Positions 37,859-50,597 are shown, numbered from the whole stretch's first letter. The stretch is DNA of 55,579 bases, filler included, from Catajapyx aquilonaris (GCA_000934665.2; 4 parts of 4 records of this genome joined end to end with filler, not necessarily neighbours in it), one strand, 5' to 3'. Notes: a model not told the origin generated them from the sequence alone. Numbers and translations: made by a program.

Positions 37859-39954
37859 AATAATGGTTATATCATGCTCATATCCTGCTCCCTGGGCAAC
37901 CACTGTGAGGTGAGCAGGTCCATCTGTGAGGCCATCTCCCTACAAAAAGGTGTGGTGTGTGTTGCCGCCTGTGTCTAGGGGCTGGCCAAGGAGTCTGGTG
38001 GTCCACGTTATTGGTTGATCTCTCAACATTTCTTCCCTCTACATTTTCGACTTGTTTTGGGCCAATGAGTGTACTGCCTATGCTGTATACAATGATTTTG
38101 TTCATTAAGGATACTGTAATACTGTAGGTACAGGGTGTTCCAAGTTTGTGGGTCCTTTTAGTTATAGGTTACTCAAAGCTGTATTTTTTTTCTTGTTGTT
38201 GTTGTGCCCCTAAACAGATGCCCTATTCTATTGAAACTGCTATATTTGAACACCTGGGCCCCACAATGGTATCTTCACCTTGTTGTGGTGGTGGGGGCTT
38301 GTGTTTCTCGCACGACCCCAAGAGCTACACAGGGTTCGAAATTAGCCGGTCGCCAGTCGCATTTTGCGACTTGAAGTTATCCATTGGCGACCAAATCAAG
38401 ATGTCTAGTCACTTTGGTGACTAACTTTCCCTCCCAATGTTGAATTTCTGTCAATTATTAGGCCTACTGGCATTCCTGCCCCATACAGAATTTTCGGTGT
38501 ATTTCCTGCTGACGCTCTGGAGACATATTGCACATGAATCACAAATAGGCAAAACAGTTTGTGCATTGCACTGCAGAAAGCCTGCATCTGTAAATCAGGG
38601 ACAAATTTAGTAAAGCACGTATTACTGCAGTTCACGTGTTTATAAAAAAAGAGTAAATTGGGCTTCTCAATTGAAGAAATTATTTGCCAAAGGGCCCAAC
38701 TCCATGAGGTAAATTTTTCAGGAGACAAAAATACTGCATGCATAATTATTGCTCCATGTAGAGTTTTGTGGTTTATGATGCTAATAGGGCGCCATGATAC
38801 ACACCTATTTCATATACTAGAAAACAATAGGTCAGTGTCTATTGAAGGTCAAAATCAGTGGAGTTGGACCCTTTAGCAACTGAACGCCCAAAGCAATGGT
38901 TCTTGTTGCAAATTTCAGTGGTGGGGGAAGGGGTCCACATTTCGACCATGCGCCAAATTCCAACCACTACGCTATCTCTGTGGTAACGTGTTGAAAATTG
39001 CCGGTGACAGAGGTAAAATGTCACAAAGACGGAATTGGTGAGCTGGCAGCACTGATGCGAACATCCGTGCATCGTGCAACCTTTGACACCAGTTTGTTTC
39101 TAAGAGCTGGTGGACTGCAGCGCATGCTATTATTGGGCATCATTTCCCAGCAATTAAGCTATGCTATTCAATAATTTATTTTAGCCATGATGTTGCTTAC
39201 ACTGTTTATTTGCTTGTTTTAAAGTAGCAACATCATGCTGCAACGCAGAAAGTTGTCATGTTCCTAATTTCGGATAGGGCCCTACCTACCGTGCTATCAC
39301 ACTCATTTTGACAGTTCCATTTATTTCGCGGAAACTCAAGAATGGAGTCACAAAAACCGTTTGTGCATCTGTAGGCTACTACCTGCTGTTAAAACATTCT
39401 CATATGATTGTATTGATCAAGTCATTATTCAATTGCATAATTTTATTTTTTTGCAAATATAGAAAACTTTTCATTTTCATCATGCAGATAAACCAGTTTT
39501 CATTGTATTGTTATTAATCAAGCATTTTAAAGCATGCACAAATTTATAAATGTTTTTTTAACGCCTTTCCTCCCATTAAAATGCAGGTTCCGAGATTAGG
39601 AACCTTTTTTTTGAAATTGAAAAAATTTCCGTTTTCACTTTTTCAATTTTGTGCTTTTTCCTATAAATTAAAAAGAAAAATTCATTGCGAGACCTAGTAG
39701 GTAAATGTTCAATGTATTACCATATCCATTTTCCTTAGTGTACTGTACATTGCTGAGTTCAGTCATTTTCTAAGAGGGAAACAACGTAAGGGTGTCGAAA
39801 TTTGGGCCCCTTACCCTGTATAGTCATGCATGCCCATATCTGAACACATCATATTCGTAAAGTAGTACTACAAAGAAAAGTGTGACAATTTTTATTTGCA
39901 TCCTATATTACTTATTATTAGCATCAATCACATTATAATCTATGTACAGGTACA

Positions 39955-40143
39955 GTCAGTTGCCAAAGGGCCCAACTCCTGCAGTAGGCAATGGACTGAA
40001 AAGCATCACATTCAATTTTAAGGCACTTCTGGTTGACTTTTACGCTTGATCTTCACCAGGTCTGTGAGGCCCGACTCCAGAGGAGGAATCCACAATAAAA
40101 CAGTTTTTCGAAAAGTTGGGAGTTGGGCCCTTTGGCAACTGAC
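39955..40143. mobile_element. MITE; related copy at ~38684-38885
   Basis: TIR GTCAGTTGCCAAAGGGCCCAACTCC / GGAGTTGGGCCCTTTGGCAACTGAC. Confidence 0.7.
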
Positions 40144-40154
40144 GTCTTCAATAT

Positions 40155-41050
40155 CCTCCTGAGACCTGAGACGAATTTTTTAACGCAATGTCAGTTCCTA
40201 TTGCATTTTCTGAACATGTTCCCAATAAGAAACGAGAAAAAAATTTTAGTTTTAAAATATCGACAAAAATGGCGACAAACAACCAATGAGAACATTAGGA
40301 CCCAATTGGTGCTACAAAAGCAGAACGGATGAAAGCTGAAAATTGAAATACCACTTAATGGATCACTCACATAGTGCTCTATCCTCCAAACAATGTTTTT
40401 AAAATTTATTTGTGGTATTTGTGGTAGCAATTCCTCTCAGAAGACAATTAAAGATAAATGAAATTATTTTTAACGCCACCACTCCAGGGATGGGGCTTGC
40501 TCCTTCCCTTCTTACCCGCTAGAGTGGTACTTTGCTATTCTAGATTTTAAAACTGAACTGCATAGTGCAAAGCGCACTTCCTTATGGGTGTATTGGTACA
40601 GGCACGTAAAGAAAAGTCACACCCATTCAGCTAAAAATGCCATTTTTCGGATGTCCATTTAAATGGACATTTTGTCTCAGGAAGAAAAGAAAATGACCAG
40701 TTCTCTACAGCAACAAAGATTGTCACAGAATCATCTTTTCGCAGTTCCTAAGACACATTCCTTGCGAATCCCAGGACATTCACTGCATTGCGAAAATCGC
40801 ATTCTAAATATGAGTAAAAAAATAAAACTTATCAGATGAGCGCCTAAGCTTCAGCAGCGGAATCCGCCATTTTGTCCGCGATTTAATTTTCGCGGCCCAA
40901 GCCAGATATTCGACGCTAGGTGGCTACAGCTATTGAGGCCAGATTGTAACCATGGGATACCAGCCTATTACAGTTCTGTTGGCATCACTGGTTGGCGCCA
41001 AAAAAATCTTTTGCTGATGTCGACATATGTCGACACCAGGTCTCAGGAGG
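40155..41050. mobile_element. Non-autonomous DNA transposon with ATAT flanks (piggyBac-A-like)
   Basis: ATAT|CCTCCTGAGACCTG...CAGGTCTCAGGAGG|ATAT. Confidence 0.75.
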
Positions 41051-41168
41051 ATATTATTGTGAAACATATTAATGTTGAAGCTACAGCCTATACAATTCAG
41101 TTCGTGCTATGGAACAGTACAGTAATACCAAAAAATAATGGTGACTAGACATCCAGTTTTGGTGACCT

Positions 41169-41437
41169 AAAAAAATAAAAATAAAAATAAAATCATACCC
41201 TGTTATCAGCCGGCGGCTCTTTAGGGGGGAGTTTTGTTTTGACTGGAACTCTTTCTTTGCATTTTTACTTCGCTTTTTGGGGATAAGATAGGGGCGGAAG
41301 GAAGCGGCTGTGGCCTATTATTTTAGGAAACAATCCCGGCATTTACCTGGAGGGACCGTGGGAAACCACAGAAAACCTCGGTTAGGGTTTGCCGGCCCTG
41401 GGGATCGAACCCAGGACCTCCTGATTGGCAGTCAGAT
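41169..41437 (-). mobile_element. 5'-truncated SINE related to family B
   Basis: B box and the shared GGAAGGAAGCGGCTGTGGCCTA core; TSD GTTTTGGTGACCT. Confidence 0.8.
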
Positions 41438-41560
41438 GTTTTGGTGACCTTAACCTATGTTTCAGATCCCATTGGCGACCTGCTCATGCATCTCACAAGG
41501 GAAGTGTAAGTGTTGTCCATGGAGTTTTGAATGAAACTTGGCACAATAATATAGGCAGGT

Positions 41561-41656
41561 GGGGAGGTGTGGTGGCCGTGATGGTAACGTCTCGGCTTGC
41601 TGTGTGAAAGGCCCCAGGTTCGATCCCCGCCTGGGGAACTTTCCTTTCACCTGCGT
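41561..41656 (+). mobile_element. SINE family A head, cut by the spacer
   Basis: Near-identical to the reverse complement of 29940-30035. Confidence 0.85.
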
Positions 41657-41756
41657 NNNNNNNNNNNNNNNNNNNNNNNNNNNNNNNNNNNNNNNNNNNN
41701 TTAATTAATTAANNNNNNNNNNNNNNNNNNNNNNNNNNNNNNNNNNNNNNNNNNNN
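41657..41756. other. Assembly spacer (N44-TTAATTAATTAA-N44)
   Basis: Same structure as 13804-13903. Confidence 0.95.
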
Positions 41757-43330
41757 ATCTGCAAACTCCAACTCGGTATCCTCAGGGTAATTATCTCTAA
41801 ATCTTTGGGCAGCTTCTTTAATTTCGGCGTCTGTCTTCGTAGGGAACTCTACGAGGAACCCAAATAGACGATTAACTTTGTTATATGCTTCCATACGACG
41901 GGAAAGCTCTGCACATAACTTGTCCAATAATGGTAGGTACGAATTCAATCTTGAACTTTTCTCTACCTCGAAGCACAGCCTCCACCCCGCCACCATCGTC
42001 GTGATGTATTTTTCTGGGGCGCACACGCCTGCATTCATCAGTGTATTGCGCTTCAATTTTCTCATTTGCCTTCCTCTCGTAATCATCAAACATGTCTCTT
42101 TGTGTTGTTAAAAAATTGAGCAGTGATTTGAGAAGATTGACGGCCGTTTGAAGTTCTATAGTTTCCTTCTGTAGGGATGTGCTGACTGCGTTGATCCGGT
42201 CTAGTATTACAGTCCAGAAGCCTGCCATGATGACATTTTCCTTCTTTGACAGGTAATTTAGCAGACAATTGGCCTCGTGAATTGTTTCTGGCTTCTGATT
42301 CACATCTTCAGAAATGACATGCAAAGCGTTCTGGAAGTTGCTGTAGCCTTTGGATAGTGCCTTGATCGCATCGGCCCTTGCACACCACCTTGTGTCCATC
42401 ACTCTTTTTAAAACTAGTGCTGGCCCTTGCTGACGTTCGCCATCGTTCCCCTCAATATTTTCGAGCATAATCGCCCAACCGCGGTGGGTTGATGCCGAGA
42501 AAAAGTTGTACATTGCTTGCACAAGCCCGAAGAATGAGATTGCTCCAACACAGCTTTCTACAGCACGTACTCCAACCAAATTGAGTGAATGTGCTGCGCA
42601 CAGAATTTAGTATGCAAGATGATTTATCATGGCAATGTGCGCTTGAAGACCATTGTAACACCCTGACATGTTTGCTGCATTATCATAAGATTGTCCTCTC
42701 AGGTTTTTAATGTCAATGCCGCATTTGTCTAAAAAGGTCAAAACAGTGGTGGCAAGCGCTTCTCCAATGTGGCTTGCCATGGGTATGAATGTGAGAAAAC
42801 GTTCTACTACTTCACCATTTGATACTCCAACATATCTAAGCACTACAGTCAATTGGTCAATATGAGATATGTCTGGTGTCGAATCAGCGCTCAGAGAAAA
42901 GTACTTTGCTTCCTGAATTTCCTTTACAATGATTTGTAAAACCTCATTTCCCATTATCTCGATTACTTCCTCGCAAATTGTGGAAGATAAATAGGAGGGC
43001 TTTCCTCGACCTTGATTACCATATTTGGCTAAATGAGAACTTAGAAAAGGGTCGTACTCCGCGATTAACTCTAAAATTCCCAAGTAGTTGCCATTATGTT
43101 GATAACCAAGGAGTTCTGTATCACCGCGAAAAGCTAATCCACGTGATGAGAGGAATTTGATCACTGCAGAACTTTCATCCAGTAGTCTTGTTCGCTTTTG
43201 AACTCAATTTCTAAAGCGGTGTCGACACGACCATGTGTACGACGTCTACAGATCATTGTCTGCACACATGCCCGATGCGTTGCACTGTCTTCGTGCATTT
43301 TAATTCGCATCGAGGCATTGTGATAAAACC
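41757..43330 (-). pseudogene. hAT (Tip100/ZMYM1-like, DUF4371-type) transposase, frameshifted
   Basis: GLAFRGD..NGNYLGILELIA, YFSLSADSTPDISHIDQL..VLRYV, GQSYDNAANMSG, CAAHSLNLV and TRW spread over 3-4 frames. Confidence 0.9.
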
Positions 43331-44354
43331 AAGGATAAAACACGCGGACTGCAGGAAGTAGGCGATCACCTGGGGAAAAACTTCTAGAATTTGGTATATT
43401 ATGATTTTTAATAAAAGAGCAGGAAACTACAGTACAGTCGAAAATGCAGAAAAAATGCAGAAACGAGATGGGCAGGTTTTTTTTTTGTCCATATCAACAG
43501 AAACGGTTGCTGTCCCATCCCTTCCTGACCTGACATAAGTGGTTATCAATAATAGTAGTTCTCAACACAACAATTGTGATAATAAGTGGTTATCAATAAT
43601 AGTTCTCAACACAACAATTGATAAAACATTGCACAGAGTGCTGGTTTTCGTGAGAACAATTTAATGACAAATTACTCCCGCACTTGACAAATGCTATACC
43701 ACGCACATGGAAAGGATTTCTTGATATTTCATATTTTATTATTCTTCCATAGTAGGGCCTATAATTATAATTTTTTCATGACAAATCATGCTGTGACTTG
43801 AACATCGCGTTACTTGGTTTCCTTTTGTCAACATGCTCGAAATTTAGTCGTCCAAAACATTACAACAGTCCAGTTAATTGATATTTGCCGGATATCTTTA
43901 AATGAAAATTATGACAAAGGCAGGAAAATGCGGGAAAATGCTACATAATTACAACTGGCAAGTGGCAAATAACCCGGCAACAGACTCTGGGTAGGCCTAT
44001 TAGTTGAAATCTATAGTCTATACGTACGTATGTACAGCTTATAGCGTTTATAGGTTTCGTCTCAGATTACTGCTTGCGATACTTCCATCCCCTAGGCCCT
44101 ACGCCATTCGTAGCTGCTACACCTATTATGACCATAAATTTAAATTAAATAACATGGTAACACCTAAAATTTAAATGAAAAATGGCAAGATCCCATTGGA
44201 GAGACCATTATACCTATATTACCTCTTGGAGGGACACATTTAACCAAGGTATTTTATACTATGTGTTTGAAGCACATATTATCTCGGTAATATTGTGGTC
44301 GTCATGAGAAACACTTTAAAAATCATAAAAACATTCTGCGTCAAATCTGGGTTA

Positions 44355-44593
44355 AGGCCGCTTCACAAACTCGGCGTTGCGAAAGCGGGGCGAAATGCCC
44401 GTTTTACAAACCCGGATTTGCGCGAGCAGGGCGTGCGGAGAGCGGAAAATTTGCGAAGGGCTATTCACAAATGCTGCGTGCGATGACCGAGCGCGGGCGT
44501 TGCGCTGGCGTCCAATCGGGTGGACTTTCTGCGTGCGATGAGCGGAAGGCCCACACGCCACGCTTTCGCAATGCCGAGTTTGTGAAGCGGCCT
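44355..44593. mobile_element. PIF/Harbinger-like MITE
   Basis: TIR AGGCCGCTTCACAAACTCGGC; 3-bp TSD TTA. Confidence 0.8.
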
Positions 44594-44649
44594 TTAACAT
44601 TCAATTACTTGCGCACATGAGTCACATTCCTTTCCACGCTGGAACTTAA

Positions 44650-45242
44650 ACTTGTTTGGGATAGGAAAAAGCAAAGGTCTAACGAAAATCATGAAGAATT
44701 CTTAATTTTTGGAGTATGCTCAAGTATTCAACAGCCCAACAAGTCTCCAAGGAGACATAATCACTGCAGGGGAGAAGGCTCTTGTTTCCTTGTATGGAGG
44801 AAAGACATCAGACACACCTTGGATGAACTGCGATACAGACGTGTCAGTGAAAAGGTAGCTAACAAAGAAACGGTCGGAGCAGTCCAAGCACAGTCACTTC
44901 CTCCAACGTCAGCTGCTGCTAAATTTCTCAACCTACGGGTCTACTACCAAGTTCAGACTTGGCATGATAACACATCCCTTCTACCTCAAGATTGGGGTTG
45001 GAAATTAAAAGGTGGCCAACTCTTGCCCGTACTTACCGACCTACTACCAGCACCGTCATCTCTGCTGGATATCATTAGATGTAAATAAATGCAAGACAGA
45101 TTGTAGTACTGCAAGGTGCTCATGCCGAAGACATGGTTTGGAGCGTTCATCAGCATGCAGTGAATGCCACAGTGTCCTCTGCACGAACTCCAACATAGAT
45201 GTATACGACGACGATGAGGAGGAGGAGGAGGAGGAAGAGTGA
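44650..45242 (+). pseudogene. Academ transposase C-terminal fragment
   Basis: LFGIGKSK, AGEKALVSLYGG, LDELRY, LPPTSAAA..LRVYYQV..W, WGW, PAP..LL..IRC and a Cys-rich tail (CSCRRHGL..S.ACSEC...CTN); frameshifted. Confidence 0.8.
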
Positions 45243-45614
45243 TGGTGTTGCAAATGACTAAGAACATACAATACGACTCCGTAGGGTTTGAAGTATGTTG
45301 GTTTTTATACAGGGTTTGCAGTAATTTAAATCCTGCTCTTTTATACGAATTTTACACATTAATCTGAACCACCTATATAAATTATCATTAATCTTCATGG
45401 CTAAACTGCCTTTTCATATGTAAAATTTTTGAAATGAATGGAACGAACCATAAACAAAATCAAATGAAGTGTTTATGTTTCAAATAAAAACCCACAAACA
45501 TATGGAGTGCCTTTCTCAAGCATTTACTTGGAAAACAGTTGTTTAAACGGCTGATATTTCCAGCTATCAACATTCCTGATTCAACAACCTTTCATTTGAT
45601 ATATATTTTAAGTA

Positions 45615-45906
45615 AATCGGAGCCATAGAACGTAAGTTACGCACAGTTTACTGATTTCAGCCGTAAATCCAAGATGGCGGCCAAGATGGCGGATTTCCCA
45701 TGCTTAGATTTTCGGAGACTTTTGATGTGATGCTTGCGATAGTTTTCCGTGTCGAAGAAACCTTACCGGAAGGAAATCGGAGCCATATAGCGTCAGTTAT
45801 GTGCATTTTACTGATGTCACAGTCAATCCAAGATGGCGGCCAAGATGGCGGCTTTCCCATGCTCCGATTTTCGCCGATTTTTGATATGTTGTTCGGAATA
45901 GTTTTC
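45615..45906. repeat. Tandem ~160-nt-period duplication with CCAAGATGGCGG motifs (probable transposon subterminal repeats)
   Basis: Units at ~45615-45747 and ~45775-45906 share AATCGGAGCCATA and AATCCAAGATGGCGGCCAAGATGGCGG. Confidence 0.7.
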
Positions 45907-45969
45907 TGAGTCTAAAAAGCCTTACTTTGTTTCTGTTACAATTTGTTCGATGTTTGGCCCTTTTTTCGC

Positions 45970-48366
45970 CTAAAATGACTGGCCTATTTGGAAAAATTCG
46001 GGAGCAGGGCATTTTGATCCTAAAGCTAGCTTTCCCAAATTATTTATCTCCTGCCACGTTGCTGCAGGGGCATTTGGGAACGATCTACCATACTTGTCGA
46101 GTACTATTGCCTGGTGTTTGCAAAATGCTCCTTGTACTCCACCTGGACAAGTGCAGAAGCCAATATCTGCCCTCACCTCATAGTGTACCTTGCTATTTTG
46201 AGCACTAGGAACATAATATGTGTCACAGTTGATGACTATTATCTTTTCTGCGATCACACTGTGGGCATACGATTAAGGAGTTTCGTATACAATAGTCGTG
46301 GAGCTGCCCGGCGGTTGTGGGCAAAGTCCAGTAAACGCCTCTGATGGTATGGCTCCCAAACACCGATCACATAATCCACTAGGGCAGCCGGATTGAAGGC
46401 TTTCATGCGCCAGCATACAACATCCTTGAACACTCTGATGCTAGCCTCTGCAAAATTGTTAGTGTTGTGTCCTCGGGAGAACCACTCCAGACGAAACAAG
46501 CACACCCATTCTGTGATCTTGCACCCTTCTAGCATTTTCCTCACCCTGTCTGCATAAGCTTCGTGCTTCACAGTGGTGAAGAATTCGTTGATGCTTGCTT
46601 GAAGTTCGTCTTGTGACGTGGAGTACATGATCTGAGGGAGCGACACAAATATTTGAAATGAATTGAACATACCGCGTAGAACACCTATCCCACTTGTGAT
46701 GAACAGCAATAGGAGATGTAATGCAACTATTTGCTGCTTTGTGCTACATTCATAGTTTATCCAATAGCCAGGCACATCAGATGTTTAAATGTAAATACCT
46801 TCTTAAATCTTTCATAGTACATTGGTCGATCTTCCTGTGGAACCTTGTTCTTGACACTTGTTAGCCATCGCCACTCTGCTTGTCCAACATGGAAATGACA
46901 AAGCAAATGGCGTGCTTCCGGGAATATGGCATGAAGGGCGCCTTTCTCCGCATCGGAATTGTCAGTCATGAAGATTCCAGGAGCCTATGAAACCAATGAA
47001 ATTAATGAGTGATCCTGATCTCTTGTGAAAGATATTAAGAAATCCAAATCTTATATACATAAGAAGCCTTCATTGGTATAGGCCTACCATTTTTCAAATC
47101 ACTTACCAATTTTCCTCCAAAGGCGTCTGGAAATTTGTCCTTCAACAACTTGAAGCCTCCCATGTAACCTTCTGTGCTTTGGCTTCCGTGGATGATCGCA
47201 CAGATTGGTACTGCTCCCCCTTTGGTGGCAGTCAGCACTGTTGTTAGTGTTGAATCTATAAAAATTATTTCCCCAGATGATTGTAGCTGTTGCGCTCTCC
47301 TCATTATGGGCGTGACTACGAGTATAGCCCATGGATCCTTGTCGTCACTGACAAACACGTCAAACCCTGCAACACACAAATATTTACCAAGAAAGTCTGA
47401 CTTTTATTACTTCTGCTGATTATCTTTCCAACTAGATCACCTAAGCTTAAGGTGTGTGTAACTTTACCTCTCTCTTTGTACGATAGAATTTTCTCCTGCA
47501 CCTTATCAAGAGGGTTAATTTGTGACCCGTAATTTTCTCCTCTCCATTCTTGGTGCCACATCCTCACCGTCCTCTCTTGCGGGTTGACTGCACCATTGGC
47601 AATCATATCATAGCCATCATCTTGAATGAGCAATTTGCTCTCGGGCAGTTGACGTTCCTCAGATGGCGACAACCCATCGGAAAACATGTCGAAAAAATTT
47701 CTCTTCAAATCAGATGTGGGGCGAAGCAATCTGACGGCATCGGCAGATTTTAATGAATGGGAGTGATTGTTTTGTATTGCTATTACTCCCTGCATTCCAT
47801 GCTTGAGTAAAAATATCCTATCGTTTTTCCTGCTATTGTCAGTGTCCTTCTTCACGAGAATGTCCAGTACGCGTATAGCTGGGCAGCGAGCATTTCTCCC
47901 AGTGAAGCGCGGCTTAGAACACTCCAAGTCTTCTTTTTTCTTGTTTTTTGCGCTATGTTGGCAAACCCACTTCTTGTGGAAAATGGACCTGAAGGGGAAA
48001 ATCATTGCCAGATGAAACTAACAAAAAAAAAAAAAGAGTTCTGTGTGTGGATCACGCAGTGATTTTATTTTTGACAATAGCATTCCAAAATATTTGTCAT
48101 CTATTCATTGAACAAAAATACTTCGTTCCGTACTTTTTAACGTCGGGAAAGGTTCCCTTCACTATCCACTTCGTGCTAGTTTGCACCTCGTACTCTTGTA
48201 GCCACTCCGTGACCTCCTCTGGGCATTTCAGAGCAGCTCGCAACACTTCCCTGGTACCTGTATCGCACTTCTCCTCTCGCACAGTAGCAAAACGGCCATA
48301 ATAGGTAACATTCTGCAAACCTTCAATCATAGAGTCGGATGATGGGTACCCGCTATTGCACGCCAT
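45970..48366 (-). pseudogene. Intron-containing MULE/Mutator transposase with SWIM finger
   Basis: Exons 48366-48134, 47988-47468, 47366-47107, 46984-46799 and 46631-45970, all GT-AG and in phase. Motifs CQH..CPA..HSH, IFIDST, FMTDNSDAE, LCHFH, TNNFAE, CTC..G.FCKH. Frameshift at ~46257. Confidence 0.85.
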
Positions 48367-49116
48367 CGCTGAATCACTGCTACTGCGATGGGGCAGTAGT
48401 GAGGCCAGCCCTTGCCGTACACGTGGACGACAGCCAGAGAACAGTGCAGTCAAACTGGCAAATGTCCTGGAAAATCCACAGAAATTGCCGCCATAAATCC
48501 GGGGCAAGCTGTTCCTGCTTCCTGCATGATTGTGCTTCAAACTCCTACGTATATTTACTACTTCTCCAAGATGATATTGCCACAGAAACCGTCCAGAATT
48601 TTCATATTAAATTTTGTGGAAATGGCTAATGAGTAGCCTAATGATATGCAATTTTTAGTCTCATAGAGCTCATGATAATGAATAAAATCAATATTAAATT
48701 TATTCCAAATTGTGGTAACGATTCAAACTGATATGCTTCAAATGGGTTTCCAGGTAGTAATTTCTGGTTAACGTTATTGATCATTTATAACACTCGGATT
48801 AAACAATGTTCCTTTGCCATCCAAGCCAAACAGTAGGGTGTTTAATTAATCTCTATTTGGACACAAAAAAATATTTAAATATGAGAACATGTCACGCATA
48901 CCTTTCCTTTCAACCCGTAACCCACATTCTCCAGTAGTATTCATATTATGGCCCCAATATTCTGGAGGTGCGCCTACATCTGCAAAGCTTACATTGCTAA
49001 ATAATGGAACACAGTTTGCACCTCAAATTACTCAACAGATCGATAATATTATGAGCATGGAAAGCATACTTTTGAGGGCCAAAACCGACTATGCACGAGA
49101 ACAATGACATCGTTAT

Positions 49117-49420
49117 ACCGAAGCAGTAGTGGTGTAGTGGTATATGGTGTCCGACTGCTAATCGGGAGATCCGGGGTTCGAATCCCGGAGGCCGGCGACC
49201 CTGATCATGGTTTTCTGTGGTTTCCCATGGTCACCGCAGGATAATTCCGGGTCGTTACCGTAATTATAGGCCACAGCCGCTTCCTTCCTTACCTATCCTT
49301 GCCTCAATTTCGATGAAAAGTATAGTAAAAATGGAAAGAGTTCCAGACAATTTTTTTGGGGAGAAATCCCCCCGCCCTAATAAAGCCTAAAAGGGCTGAT
49401 AATGGGGTATCAATTATTAT
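49117..49420 (+). mobile_element. tRNA-derived SINE, family B
   Basis: A/B boxes; 15-bp TSD CAATGACATCGTTAT. Confidence 0.9.
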
Positions 49421-49470
49421 CAATGACATCGTTATTATGTATCATCATATACCCATATACACTTTATATA

Positions 49471-49640
49471 CACTTTTATGACTCCCGCGGTGAAACTCCC
49501 GAGGCTCAACATACGTTAGGGCAAAAGTCGCGTGCAGGCTTCCCGCCAGCCCGGCGGGAATGTGTGCAGGACATGCACGCGACTTTCGCCCTAACGTATG
49601 TTGAGCCTCGGGAGTTTCACCGCGGGACGTCATAAAAGTG
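49471..49640. mobile_element. Palindromic MITE
   Basis: TA|CACTTTTATGAC...GTCATAAAAGTG|TA with ~70-bp arms. Confidence 0.8.
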
Positions 49641-50096
49641 TAAAGGCCAAGGTTTTTTCCACGGTTTTTAACTAAGCTGTAGGAGTATCCATGGCCAAAA
49701 TGTCACATTTTTGACAGGCCCCCCCCTTTCGAGATATGTGACCTTGAAATCCTCAAATTTCGAAATTTTTCTAATTTTGGACCGAAAAATCGGCCAGAAG
49801 GGCTTGCAAAACCGGCATTGATTTCACCATGGCTGGATACCCTTCCAGTCGGAGTCCTTGAAAAAAAAAATTGCACCCTGGGATTTCAAGCCCTTCTGGT
49901 TTTACAGGCATTTGATTTGGTATGCTGGTAGAGCTTGTCAAACAAACATCAGAATAAATCTGAAAACGGCACTTTTTTGAGTCTAAATGCTAAAAAAAAA
50001 ATTATTTTCACGAAGTCTGCTGCTGCTGACCAGATGCGGCACTTATATGTAGCGAAGTAGTGCTGGGGTCGAGTTTTCAAATGCATATTTCAATAT

Positions 50097-50356
50097 AATA
50101 ATGGATACCCCGTGATAGGCCCCTTGGGCCTCTTAGGGGATCATCTTTTGAATAACCGACTTTAATCATTTGCCTGTAATGTGATGGATTTTGATAGTGG
50201 GAGGAAACGGGAGAACCCCGAGAAAACCCACGCGAACACGGAGAGAACCCATCGAAACTCTATCCACATAAGTATCCTCCGTCCGACCCGGGGATCGAAC
50301 TCGGGACCTTAGAGGTGGAAGGCTGCGGCGCTAACCGCTCGGCCACCGTGTCGCCC
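50097..50356 (-). mobile_element. tRNA-derived SINE, family C (V-domain-like)
   Basis: A box TGGCCGAGCGG, B box GTTCGATCC, core TTCTCTCCGTGTTCGCGTGGGTTTTCTCGGGGTTCTCCCGTTTCCTCCCAC; 14-bp TSD GCATATTTCAATAT. Confidence 0.85.
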
Positions 50357-50597
50357 GCATATTTCAATATCTATAATATACGAATAGATACGTAGACTGC
50401 TCTGTATTGGAATATTAAGAAATATCATATTTCCTCTCTTATTGAAACGCCATCTTATTGACGTGGCTTATACATATATGCTCATTGGTAACTCCTTGGA
50501 GAAAAACTTCCGATTTTTATTTTTAGCCACAAGACGGAGGACCACTGCATAATACAGTACAAATACCATGACCTATACCAAGAGCTCTTGCCTATAT

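Larger units (their letters stand above)
33925..38067. mobile_element. Old foldback element hosting nested insertions
   Basis: 33925-34059 joined to 36211-36275 is the reverse complement of ~37869-38067. Confidence 0.65.

Noticed and set aside
40840..40880. Minus-strand AAAATGGCGG gene start
   Set aside because: Stops after 8 codons and lies inside the ATAT-flanked transposon.
49117..49200. tRNA gene (also 29960-30035, 31890-31962, 41561-41636, 50285-50356)
   Set aside because: These are tRNA-like heads continuing into SINE bodies with tails and TSDs; no clean cloverleaf or terminator.
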